The notes below the pieces were generated by a model. That model saw only the letters and a program-made list of their open reading frames with translations. It made no database searches and was not told the DNA's origin. A stretch of 32,152 nucleotides of DNA from Perkinsus chesapeaki ATCC PRA-425 (lineage: Eukaryota > Protista > Perkinsozoa): positions 1-32,152 of the forward strand of contig JAAPAO010000408.1 of the NCBI GenBank assembly GCA_013115145.1, written 5' to 3'. Below are positions 1-10,129 of the stretch, piece after piece; within the stretch, counting starts at the first letter, position 1, and every line of letters begins with the position of its first letter. The translations under genes were made by a program, and so were the position numbers.

Positions 1-46
1 TAAGGGTACTACTGCACACTAGAACCGGGCTGGGCCACACAATGGT

Positions 47-141
47 GCCGGGTAGTGCCGGGGATCTTGGAGGCCGCCCGGCTATCGCCGGGTAGCGCCG
101 GGTAGGGCGCCGGGCCGCCCGGCGGCTGCCGGGTTGCCGGG
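47..141. repeat. GC-rich degenerate GCCGGG(T) repeat tract
   Basis: GCCGGG at 47, 57, 87, 97, 109, 128 and 136 (several 10 bp apart), ending abruptly in A/T-tract sequence after ~175. Confidence 0.7.
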
Positions 142-890
142 TGGGTTGCGGCGCCTCTGGTAGGCGCCAAAGCGGCGAAATTATAAACGAATATAAGGCA
201 GCAAGTTCCCGAAAAATTTTGTATTTTTTTCTGAAAGATTTTTTCGCGATGCAGTATTTGGCAGAAATACATTCCTACGGTTAGTCACTGAGTCACCGCG
301 ATCCATCCCAGGTGTGGAGTCGTAGAGAAACGTCCGCGGTTCCCATAAGGATTGCATTTCAAATCTCCTTTCGGCCATGGAACCTTTTTGTTCGACCGCA
401 TTAGGCACTGGTTTTTGCCCTCTGTGGAACACATTCCTGAGGCTAGATGAACCCTGATGCCAGATATATAACGTTGTCTTTATTCAGGGAACTTACTACT
501 ACTAGTGATCTGTAGCGACGGCAACTTATCATTTATCCAATATCGATGGATATAGATGAGTAATTTTTGTGACACGAAAATTATCGAAAATGAGTTGCAC
601 ATATGTCGGCATCGAGGCGTTAGATAGTCGTGATGCCTGGCTCGGGAAGCACAGAAACTCAATGCACTTTTGTATGTGTATTTTGGCTTCAACTTTATTC
701 TTCATTCCAGTTCACTATAGTGAAGCTCAACAGGCCCGGAGATCCATCGCCCTGGTGATGAGGAGCTCACCCCAGCGGCTTCGAATTTTCTCAGGAATTT
801 TCCGATCTTTAGGCCCTTGAGATGGGAGAATAATTGGGCACGTTCGACTAAAGTTCAGACAAGGGTTTAGAGCATGCCAACGTGCTACAG

Positions 891-3800
891 GAGGAATCTT
901 GCATGGCTCGTAGGTACCTGGTAGATGATGTTCGCTATGTCGACGAAATAGATCTATCTGGTGCGAAGGCTACGATGGAGGTACCGGGGATCGAACTCGG
1001 GTCTTTCGGTTATTAGTGCGGCTCAGATTGAAGGCGTTAATCGTGATTCGGGCACTGACCATTCAGTTGTGAATAAGGACGGTGTTGCCCTCCCTAATAA
1101 GCTGGACGGCAGCGCTCTGTGGGACTTGCTTAATGAGATGAGAAGTGTTAAAGACGAGGAGGAGATCAAGATAATGGAGTAAGAAAAATGCACCTGGCGG
1201 GGATCGAACCCGGGTGTTAGGTATGCCTGTCATGTCTCCTCTGCTGCACATTTATCGACTATGCGGGCTTGCTATGCCGACCAGGACAACAGCCATCGGA
1301 TGGAGTATAATGCCGTGGCTAATTTCCGATATGAAGGGGCAATGAGGGGATGTCAACGTAAGCAGGGAGCTCGGGTACGCCTTGGCCAGAATTTCGGAAA
1401 AGAACGGAGATAAAGTTATACGTAACGATGTACTTTTTCAACATTAAATACTGCGATTCTCACCGTTTGCCGTTTGCTGGATATGACTTTATCATTCCAA
1501 CATATAACTGTCGTGATTTTCGAGCTTCGTTTCCTTCTTTGGGAAGCGTCCGGCTAATTAACTAATCGTTGTTGGAGCAGATGGTCCTACAAGGTGTACA
1601 CTTCACGCCTTCGTTTGGTTTCGAGCACATTCGGCATTTCCGTGGCGAATTCGTTGCTTTCAAGTGCTATCAAGCTTCGTTCCCTTCTTTGGGGTATGTC
1701 GGGCTTATTATTAGTGGCAAACGTACACTGGGAACTATCGAACTTCGCTAACCGAAGAACTTCTAAGTGTAGTACTTCTACAGTAGTAGGGTCATTTACC
1801 CTTGAGAGCAGGGAACCCCTCTGGGCATGGGCTCATTCTTTGCGCTTTGGTGATTCCCACGAAAAATCGGGTTTGGGATTTTCTGGATTGTAGTCGGGTT
1901 ATCTGGATCCGGGTTTCAGGTGTCGGTTACGGTTGCATTGGTTGTTCTGGTACCTCCAATGCTTCTCTACATTATGGTCATCCAGCCGAGCCTAATGATA
2001 AGAGTGTGCACAAGTCAGATTTGAGGCTGCTAGATATGGGAGCTGAGTAATACAGAAGGGACAGCAGGGATCTGGACATTTATTGTTGAATCATTCAACA
2101 ACCAATTGAACCATTCAACTTGGATGGTTTATCGTTAAAAGGGTGGGATGGGTAGATTACTGGCAGTAGCTCCTCTATCGCTGCTGCTGCTGCTCGGAGC
2201 CATATTTGACATCGGTTACTCCTGCAGCGATTAACATTTCGATGTGCCAAACTCGCTGTAAACAATTAGTAGAGTAATGATATATAATAGAGCAAACCTA
2301 AATTCGAAGAAGATCTTCGTCATCAATCTCGGGCCACAATAGTTCACTAAGTTAGTCTTACTTTTCACCGGAGGAACTCGGAGATATACTCGTTGTTGTA
2401 AATATGGTAGAGGATAGGGTGGATCCTTCTTAAGGTACCACTGTTATACAGCTGATGTGACCTGTACGTTCCCTACAAGTGGCCAGTTCTCCGACCTTCA
2501 AAAGGCTGCCTACGAGTCAGTATTGGCAGCAGTTCACGCAATAGAGGGGATATTGAAGCCTGGTCTGGATTATAGAGATATGCATAGGAAGGCTACTAGA
2601 GTCATTGCTGAGTAATACGGGGGAGAGTTGAGCTTCAGGGAATCTTTCATGCTTGACCTGGCAAGAATCTTCTCTGTTTCGACTTTCGAAGGATTTCTTT
2701 ATTTGACTTGCCACAATATTTTGGTTTCGAGCTCAGAAGGAATTGCTTCGTGTCGAGCTTCGAAGAATCTCCCCTCTTCCAACCTTGAAGGATATTTCTT
2801 ATTTCGACCTTGAAGTTCAAGGTTTGAATGGATATTTCTTGCCTTGGGCTCGGGAGGATCTTTCTAAGTTTGACCTTGGAGAATCTTTCACATTTGAACC
2901 TTGAAAGAATCTTACTGTTTTCGAGCTTGGACTTATTCCCGGCATGTCTTTTCAGAGAGCTCACTCGCCGTCTCGGTCTCTTCACTGCCACTATTGATGA
3001 TGTCTGTAATGAGGCATTGGTTGCAAGATATCTCATGCCACATGGGCTGGGACATATGCTTGGATTGGACTGTCACGATGTTGGAGGGTAGTACTACCGC
3101 GCGCCACGAAAATGGTGGATTCGGCCCAACAGTGTGGATGTGATTCGCATACCACGCATAGCAACGTTTTGAATCCGCGCGTTCTGGATCGTCATGCGAA
3201 TTTTCTCGGTCAAATATCCTGGGGTCCTGGGATCTTTGTGAGAATGTGCCGAAATGTTCCTGGGAGAAATGCTATAGTTTTTTGCTAGTAAACCGTGTTT
3301 GTTTCGACTAGATACGAGCCTGGTCATTACAAAGATGCGGAAGATGTGTCTCTTACTGGATTGAGGTTGGGCAGGCCTATTAAGGAGGGTTATATCTTGA
3401 CGGTGGAGCCAGGATGGTAATAAGATTACCAACACGGTCTGGTGTATTGTTAACAATTTGGAATACGTGCCGAAGGGAGGCTTCCCTCGGTACGTAAAAC
3501 GATGTAAACAATGTTAAAGGGAAGTCCCCTGGGAAGGTCGTAGAATGGGCAGCATTGGCTGAGTCTATACAGGTGAATATACTTGTATATTATACGCTAA
3601 GTAGCGTACTCATATCGATTGCCTATATTATAGAGTAATGATTGATCCTCGTCGGGTTAAGGTATGAAATTTATAACAGATATCATTGATTATTATGAAG
3701 CTTAGTTGCAATGGGAGTGGACCTCTGATAGCAAGTATTCATTTGTTTAGTTACTTTAACCCGTATTTAATCGACAAGTGGTGTGCTGATCCAGTCCACT

Positions 3801-4326
3801 CTAAGATGGTTAATGAATCAGTATTGAAGTCTCTTATACCAGTAGGTGGTATTAGGATTGAGGATGATGTGTTGATTACTAAGGATGGTTGCAGAGTACT
3901 TAATGATGTAAGTGTCGGGTGGGGGGATCGAACCTGTGTGTATTGATAGCGGCGCAAGATATCGTTCCTGGTGGTTCTGATACGTAGAATACCAATCGGA
4001 AGGGTGGGTTTTGAAAAAGGAGTCTTGCTTCAGGGTGGTAACAGAATTTAATAGTCCGGAAAGAGGAATGATTCCCGTTGGTTGTATAATTTCTAATTAT
4101 CAAGTAAAATAGAGGAAAATAAAGTACAATATCAAAAATTATTGATTAGTGATTTATTATTTTATTACCTGAATGATAATGCAATTCGTACCACTAAAGC
4201 ACAATATTTACAGTTGCCGAGAATCTTGTGGGTGAGCAGGTACCCCGCACTGTGAAGGATATCGAAGACTTCATGCAGGGTAAGATAGACTGGGTCCCTG
4301 GTAAAGGCAAAGTGAATAAGGCTTAA
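891..4326 (+). CDS. PEPD: Xaa-Pro dipeptidase (prolidase, peptidase M24B); multi-exon, 5' exons upstream of 891 not resolved
   Basis: Inferred exons 891-980, 1027-1178, 1221-1357, 1920-2046, 2435-2611, 2956-3087, 3312-3416, 3751-3907, 4240-4326 splice in frame at GT-AG. They encode YLVDDVRYVDEI, IEGVNRDSG, LHYGHPAEPND, LLDMGAEYHCYTADVT, MPHGLGHMLGLDCHDVGG, LTVEPGCYF, GGIRIEDDVLIT and VPRTVKDIEDFM, which include all five metal ligands (D, D, H, E, E). A VVFIQG-like segment near 473-490 may be an earlier exon. Confidence 0.93.
976..1001 (-). other. tRNA 3'-end-like relic (tRNA-Ala-like) spanning an exon/intron donor
   Basis: Minus strand reads CCCGAG-TTCGATC-CCCGGTACCTCCA: T-loop plus 13 nt resembling a tRNA-Ala 3' end. 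No 5' half is present. Confidence 0.65.
1184..1214 (-). other. tRNA 3'-end-like relic with T-run, filling a 42-nt intron
   Basis: Minus strand reads CCCGGG-TTCGATC-CCCGCCAGGTGCA-TTTTT, inside intron 1179-1220. Confidence 0.7.
1520..1710. repeat. 41-bp diverged direct repeat, 150 bp apart, intronic
   Basis: 1520-1560 vs 1670-1710: 33/41 identical. Confidence 0.7.
2084..2129. other. Double-hairpin excision-like scar (8-bp window GTTGAATG)
   Basis: tGTTGAAT-c-attcaaca ... aaccattcaa-c-TTGGATGgtt. Both palindrome centres are the complements of T8 and T1; one mismatch. Confidence 0.7.
2632..2935. repeat. Degenerate ~25-bp minisatellite in a prolidase intron
   Basis: About 11-12 diverged units, approximate consensus CTTGAAGAATCTTTCNNNTTTCGAC, inside intron 2612-2955. 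Confidence 0.65.
3913..3938 (-). other. tRNA 3'-end-like relic abutting the GTAAG donor
   Basis: Minus strand reads CACAGG-TTCGATC-CCCCCACCCGACA, ending exactly at the donor GTAAG (3908-3912). Confidence 0.6.
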
Positions 4327-4694
4327 GTATGGATTATAATACTAAGCAGTTCTGGTTTCTCAAACTGGTCTGAGTTGAAGTTGAGTGTTGAATTGGGGGA
4401 CGGTTAGCATGGAGTGGTTGGTAATGACCAATCACTGTTGGAATTAAGTCTGCAAGTAGTAGTGTAACATAGGCTCAGGGACTGATGTGAGTGTACTGTA
4501 GCAAACGGGGTTGATTTTTGACCGTATGGACAGGCAAACCTTATATGTTGGATATATTATTATACTCTATTATAATATTTAATAACTTTATTTATTATAT
4601 TACTGTATATTGTTGGATTTCTATGTTTAGTGTTGTTTAGAGTTTTTCGGGGGAAAGATTATAGAATTGATGGCAGATAGCGGACCTCTATAAG

Positions 4695-7600
4695 ATGCCT
4701 TTCGCACTCCCCAAACGTCTGTCTTCCTTGTAGTATTAATGGTTGACAATGTGTCTGCCCACAACAGACTACCTCTTATATCGTCACTCCATCACTCTCG
4801 TGTGAGAGTGCTCATCATTACCTTCTGCAGTTATGCAGCTCTGCATGCAGCCAGGAAGGCATTTTCTAATTCTAAGGCTGTAATAAAGGAGGGCAGAGGA
4901 CGTCGTATTCAACGGAATGGTCTATTGTAATTCTAGATAGCTTCATTCGAGTTTATACGTCTGTTGTAAGTCCTCGTACGGTCTTTGACGTTTTTCATGG
5001 TACGGTTTGCAAGTACCAGTGAATTCACGCACTCAGCGGGGATTCAGCCTATATGGAAGGTGTCTTCTTTTCAGTGTTGATAATTCCTCTCGTTGGTGGA
5101 ATTCCGATGCTTCTGGGCTATCGAAATGTACCTGCCTAATTGTGGCATAGTTGCGCAGTATACAGCCCAACGCAATGAAATAGAATACTTCGTGCTCTAT
5201 GGATTTCTCACTCTTGAGTGTTAACGAGTGAAACTCCAAACATGAGTACTACAACAAGTGTGATCGTAGTGTTCAATCGTCGAGTCGCTACTACGGGAAG
5301 ACCTGAGGGGGGGGGGGGAGTTGCCTGCTTTTGTTCAGGCATTGCAGGACGCCCGTCCTAGTACGTTCCCTACCTCCACCCTTGCTGTTCTGGATACTCT
5401 CTTCATGATAGCTTACTCATCGGGGCTATTACTAGCAGGCCGCCTCGGGGACGTCTTCTCGGCGTCAAGGGTTCTTGCCATTGGTTTATGTCTGACAACT
5501 GTGATCCAGACTATTTTTGCAGTGTTATGTGTCTTGAGGTCACCTGTGACGTGGGAATTCACTTTGGGCCTCTACGTTATGTGGATGATGAATGGATTGG
5601 TAATACTAAGGTCACAGGAAAGGTTTTGGTGAAATTCAACGGGTTGAATTTCAGCGTATTTTTCCCACGAGTTGCATACTAATCGGTATAAATCGTATTG
5701 AAGCTTCATTACATTAATCACATTAGTACTTGTTGTTTTTGCATTGTATGAGTTGTGGGAGCGATGCGTGTTGCTCACCGAGGCAGACTTACCGACGACG
5801 ATAGACTTGCCCTTTCTTGGTCCACATTACGATGATAGCGAATCGCTATCGCTATTCGCTTGATCGCTATCTTGTGAAAAGCCACATTCACACACATATG
5901 GGGGACCTCGCATTCGGCTCTCGTGGCATAAAGCAGCTCAACATATATCCTGGAGATTGCCGTCGATGAGCCGTATAAAGCAATCAATTTGAAGAGTTCA
6001 CTAATTGAAATACAATGTCATACAGTATTAGTATCCCCAATAGTATTAGAAAGTATCGGGTACATAGTGTGTAGACCTGCCTGCCAATGCGAGGACCTGC
6101 GGCTTCATATTGAGCGACAACAAGGCTACTACTCATTCGAAGAACACATCCTGACGTTCAATTTCATCGCTGGTCTGAGCAAACTGCGCTATGAGATCGC
6201 TCTGCCGCGTTTGAAGGTCTTGACTCGTGGATAGTCTCTACAGGAAATGGTCGAGCTTGAATTACAACGAGCGTGCCTAGAGTCTTCTAGACAACCACCA
6301 GCGGTTCGGAGTGAATTTTAATTCTCCCGACGTCATGTGACATGATTCATGTCAGGCGGTTACTTTGCATATTCCCGGCAAAGCTCATTTTTCTTATCAA
6401 GAACTAGTATACAAGTTAGACATCTCCATTTCACCACCTTGCCAACCGTTTATAATCCTCCACTGAAGAGCTAATATTACATGCCATAGTTCTCCTCGGT
6501 TACCTCGTGACAGGGACTCTTTGCTACGCCCTTGTAGTGGAAAAATATCATGTCCGAGTGGAGCAATTAAACTGACCTCAGGTTCAATCACTATGTTGGC
6601 CTGCTTGTGTGAAATTGGTGGGCAACTGGCTCGCTCCCGTTCATCATCTTATTGGTGACCCGGAAGATACTTCCTCATCATCCGAAGATTCCGAGACCAC
6701 CAGCCTAGCTGATAATGACATGGGCGTTGTCAATCCGGCCCACTCTGGCATGCTGTTTGGTCTTTGGTCATCGAATGCGAGTGTTGGTAACATCGTCGGA
6801 GCATTGATGGCAGCGGGTGCGCTGGGCATTGCGGGGGCCTTATCGGGTCCCAAGGAGATAGGGGTAGGCACTGGGCAAGACTGGTCCTTTGAACCTCAGA
6901 GCTGCTCTCAGGTTCTTATGGTGTTCATCGGGCCATCGGCATTGATGCTGCTGTTTGCTTACCTATCCTTTGGGTTGACAGACTATCCACCTACCACTGA
7001 TAATGCTCGAGAGCTAGAGGAGGTAAGCTCTGGTAAGCTTGTTAACGCTCTTCATCAGAGCTACATCAGTGTTATTCTCAACGGATACTGCTGCTAGGAC
7101 TCTAACCAGTGAGTGCCAAACTGTGCTGCGATACGTGATGAACGTGTCACTTTTCGCCTAACTCCTTGACTACTATTAAGACGAGATCGGAATTGTGCGA
7201 GCGATAAAGTTCCGGTTATTGGCGATATAATTGACATCGGCAATCGTATGGCTAATATTTACATCATGTAGATATGAGCCATACGCTTTGTAGGTTAAGT
7301 TTTGGAGTAGTTCCCGGCGGGAACTACAGTGGTACGGGAACTTCCCGCACCAGTTCACGTACAAGTGCGATTCGCTGTGAGCTCTTCCGTGTCAGATTTC
7401 CTTCCAGGTGCCTCCAGCGCCGCCACGTACCCCAGAAATGCCAACCTTCGAAGCGATGCTGGGCGGCCTACGCGAGATCTGGCATGCATTCTGGCTGCCA
7501 TTCGTGGCGCGCTACTCCCTAGTGTACGCCTGTACAAAAGGTGTCAACTACGCAATGTTCTTCTGGCTTCCGTTTTACCTCAGCGAGGTAACTCCGGAAT

Positions 7601-9316
7601 CACCAGTATTTGCCGAAGCCGGAGAAGCGCTCGCCCTGGCAGGTATGCCACTTGGACCCTGGTCACGCCGATGGGCTATCTACGTTCTACGATATGGGTC
7701 AGTGTATCGGCGGTGTGCTGGCTGGCTCTATCGTGGACAAGTTCGCTAAAGGAAGGAAGTCGATTGTGAGTCCGGTTTTGGTTGGAATCTCTGGGAGGGT
7801 GAACGAAGCTTGACTGAGGAGAGCGTGATTGACACAACACTTTTGTGCACTTCAAAAATCTATGTCTCACAGCCGATGACTGACCGAGTTTTTTCCTCGA
7901 TCAATCCCTGGTTATTAAAACACAAAAACGTACTTAATATGGCTCTATGGTACCATGGAGGTCAGCCGTTGGGTCTTTTGACCATTGAGGTTGAGTTTTT
8001 TCTAAACGTCTTAGCCGGGATTCGTACCTGTGACCCTCGTTTTTAAAGTGCTATATTTTTGGGCGCACCCATCCCAGACGGTAAGCTCTACAGTTTTGAG
8101 CTCCTGAGGCATTAAAGTTTGGAAGTTCATTCAAATCCGTCGGAAAAATCTTGGTGCACTAAATCCGATGTCAGCCCCGTCTCCGGTCACCTGTGGCTCG
8201 CTTCGATCGATTCCTCCTACCTGGTCAGGTCATCACCGTCTTCCTAGTGTTGGCTATCATCCCCACCTTGGCGCTAAGTATGAAATATGAGTCTGTTATC
8301 CCTATCACAATAATTATATTCGTTGCTGGGCTTCTGGTAAGGGCCGTCATCGCAGGATTTTCCACCGGTTCCGACAACGCGGTTTGCGTGGCCGCCGGCT
8401 CGGGAGCCCTGTACGTTCTGTAATGAGCTCCACACATACTGCGGGACCAATGTAGCGTTCCTCCTATAAGCTTTAAAAACACTGCATGAGCATACTCCGT
8501 ATTGAAAGGGTTAATCACCTCTGTCAAGAGAGGTATTTCTGGGCTGTTATCACCATCGTCATCGATAACCTATCACATTTGTCATTCTCTACAACCGTCT
8601 TGTATTGCTTTTTGTGAACCCGTACTTGTCATTATCGTTCTATCCTGGAGAGTCAGCGATGAAATTTACTTTCATCAACATAGCTAGATTCTTTCTCACT
8701 TCATAAGTATACATATACTTCCGTCTTGTACTAGGTCGGTGGCCCAGCCAATCTCATCTCCGCGGCAGTTTGCGCGGATCTAGGCAGCCAGGCCGAGTCT
8801 GATGTGACGGCATCCGTCAGTGGCTTGGTGGATGGTGTAGCATCGATCGGAGCAGCTCTCACTCAGCTGGCCATTCCCCTGCTAACCAACGGCACTAGCT
8901 GGCTATGGCTGTTCGTTGCATTTACAGGTTAGTAAAATGCCCCAGCTGGGATTCGACCCCGGGACTTGTCTAATAGCCGTTTCATTATTATATATCGGAT
9001 TTGTATGTGCTCGCTCAACTCTAGACCTGGCAAAGTTCGGGCCAATTCTAAGCCCTAGAGAACTTCTTTACCTCAGTGAGTGAATTCCAGAGACAAACTC
9101 AGGCCGGCGAGCTAAAGCGTTTACTGCCTTGGGGTCGCCTTGCTTGCACAGTACTTTGTGACTTCTAAAAATGCTGCCTGTGGGAATCGAACCTGTGCCT
9201 CCATCGCAGGTATGCTTTTGCTGGCAGCACTCCTTCTACTCCCCGTTGTTAAGAAGGAGCTTACATCATTGAGTATGCCGAGAGAGGGAGCGCCACATGC
9301 TCACGTGCGAGAATGA
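4695..9316 (+). CDS. MFS sugar-phosphate/glycerol-3-phosphate exchanger (SLC37/OPA family); multi-exon
   Basis: Inferred exons 4695-4729, 4768-~4879, ~5341-5599, 6582-7022, 7408-7587, 7643-7765, 8229-8336, 8735-8927, 9210-9316. They encode ITFCSYAALHAARKAFS, LDTLFMIAYSSG...GRLGD, NGLVQSLCWPACVKLVGNW, GLWSSNASVGNIVG, YAMFFWLPFYL, LSTFYDMGQCIGG, GGPANLISAAVCADLG and VSGLVDGVASIGAA, all matching SLC37A-type motifs. Confidence 0.9.
6332..6353. other. +14 zigzag scar, one mismatch (window (A/G)TCATGTC)
   Basis: g TCATGT g ACATGA t TCATGT c, in an MFS intron. Confidence 0.75.
7246..7284. repeat. 19-bp-arm palindrome with single-base centre
   Basis: GTATGGCTAATATTTACAT-c-ATGTAGATATGAGCCATAC, two mismatches, intronic. 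Confidence 0.75.
7307..7352. other. Double-hairpin excision-like scar (window GTTCCCGC)
   Basis: gtaGTTCCCG-g-cgggaactac ag tggtacgggaa-c-TTCCCGCacca. Confidence 0.8.
8004..8032 (-). other. tRNA 3'-end-like relic, intronic
   Basis: Minus strand reads CACAGG-TACGAAT-CCCGGCTAAGACG-TTT. Confidence 0.5.
8934..8962 (-). other. tRNA 3'-end-like relic just inside a donor
   Basis: Minus strand reads CCCGGG-TCGAAT(1-nt deletion)-CCCAGCTGGGGCA-TTTT; the intron starts at 8928. Confidence 0.6.
9167..9197 (-). other. tRNA 3'-end-like relic just inside an acceptor
   Basis: Minus strand reads CACAGG-TTCGATT-CCCACAGGCAGCA-TTTTT; the intron ends at 9209. Confidence 0.65.
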
Positions 9317-9763
9317 GCACCAACGCCAATTAGTATACTGCAACATTAGTTGAATTTTCCAAGTTATTTGAAGCTGTGTCGGTTGCGTTTGCCTCGAGAA
9401 TCTTCCCACTTGATATATATGAAATAAACCCCGTTACAAAATGATAGAACATCACATAATTTCCGAATATTTCCTTCAATTTGAGGAGTTTGTTGATGTT
9501 TCTTTGTATGGTCTTAATACATACATCTTAATACATAATCTTTTCTTTTATATGGTCTTAAGTGCATATATCTTTCAATAACTATTACTACACACTAGAC
9601 ATATAAATGATAGAACTATTCTAATAGATGTATAATTAAGTCTATAAGTATCACTATAGTGAGATCGAAACCGCCAGTCCCGAGCGCGCGCGGGAAAGCG
9701 TACAGATTTAATATCTATAGGGCTGAGTATACATTGCCTCGAGGGGCGTATGAGGCTCCGAGG

Positions 9764-9844
9764 GCGGGTCGAATACCGATGTGTAAAGGTTAACTGCTTA
9801 TACGGTATAATCAGTTAACCTTTACACATCGGTATTCGATCCGC
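9764..9844. repeat. 81-bp near-perfect palindrome, intergenic
   Basis: 40-nt arms around a single G at 9804, with two mismatches (9768/9840 and 9797/9811). Confidence 0.95.
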
Positions 9845-10129
9845 GTGTTATGATTTATAACACTCGCAAAGATGGGCTCTGGTATGTCTATTTTAATGAT
9901 GTGTTTCATGGTTCATCGTCAAAGTTTGGATCGTGCCTACGAGAAATGGCAGCAAATTCAATAACAGTTACTCGACTCGAGTATGATATTCGTGAAGACG
10001 GACTAGCTCATCATGAGCTCTATGACATCTATGAGCATGCTTATGCATGGTGAAATGTGCTGTGTCACACTGTGGCGAATATTTCCAATGTTGGTATCGT
10101 ACTGTGTCGTGGCCCAGTTGGGATTTGAC

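Noticed and set aside
2647-3036. 129-aa minus-strand K/R-rich ORF
   Set aside because: It is the antisense reading of the stop-poor minisatellite intron plus a prolidase exon.
5307-5318. G homopolymer before AG as an unusual splice acceptor
   Set aside because: A conventional TTTTGTTCAG acceptor at 5331-5340 gives the same frame; homopolymer length is also unreliable.
976-9197. Annotating the B-box hits as tRNA genes
   Set aside because: No D-arm, anticodon arm or complementary acceptor 5' strand at 70-90 nt; several would overlap conserved exons; T-stems are partly unpaired.
9764-9844. Calling the long hairpin a miRNA gene or terminator
   Set aside because: No expression evidence, a one-base loop is atypical of pre-miRNAs, and the scar model explains the centre bases.
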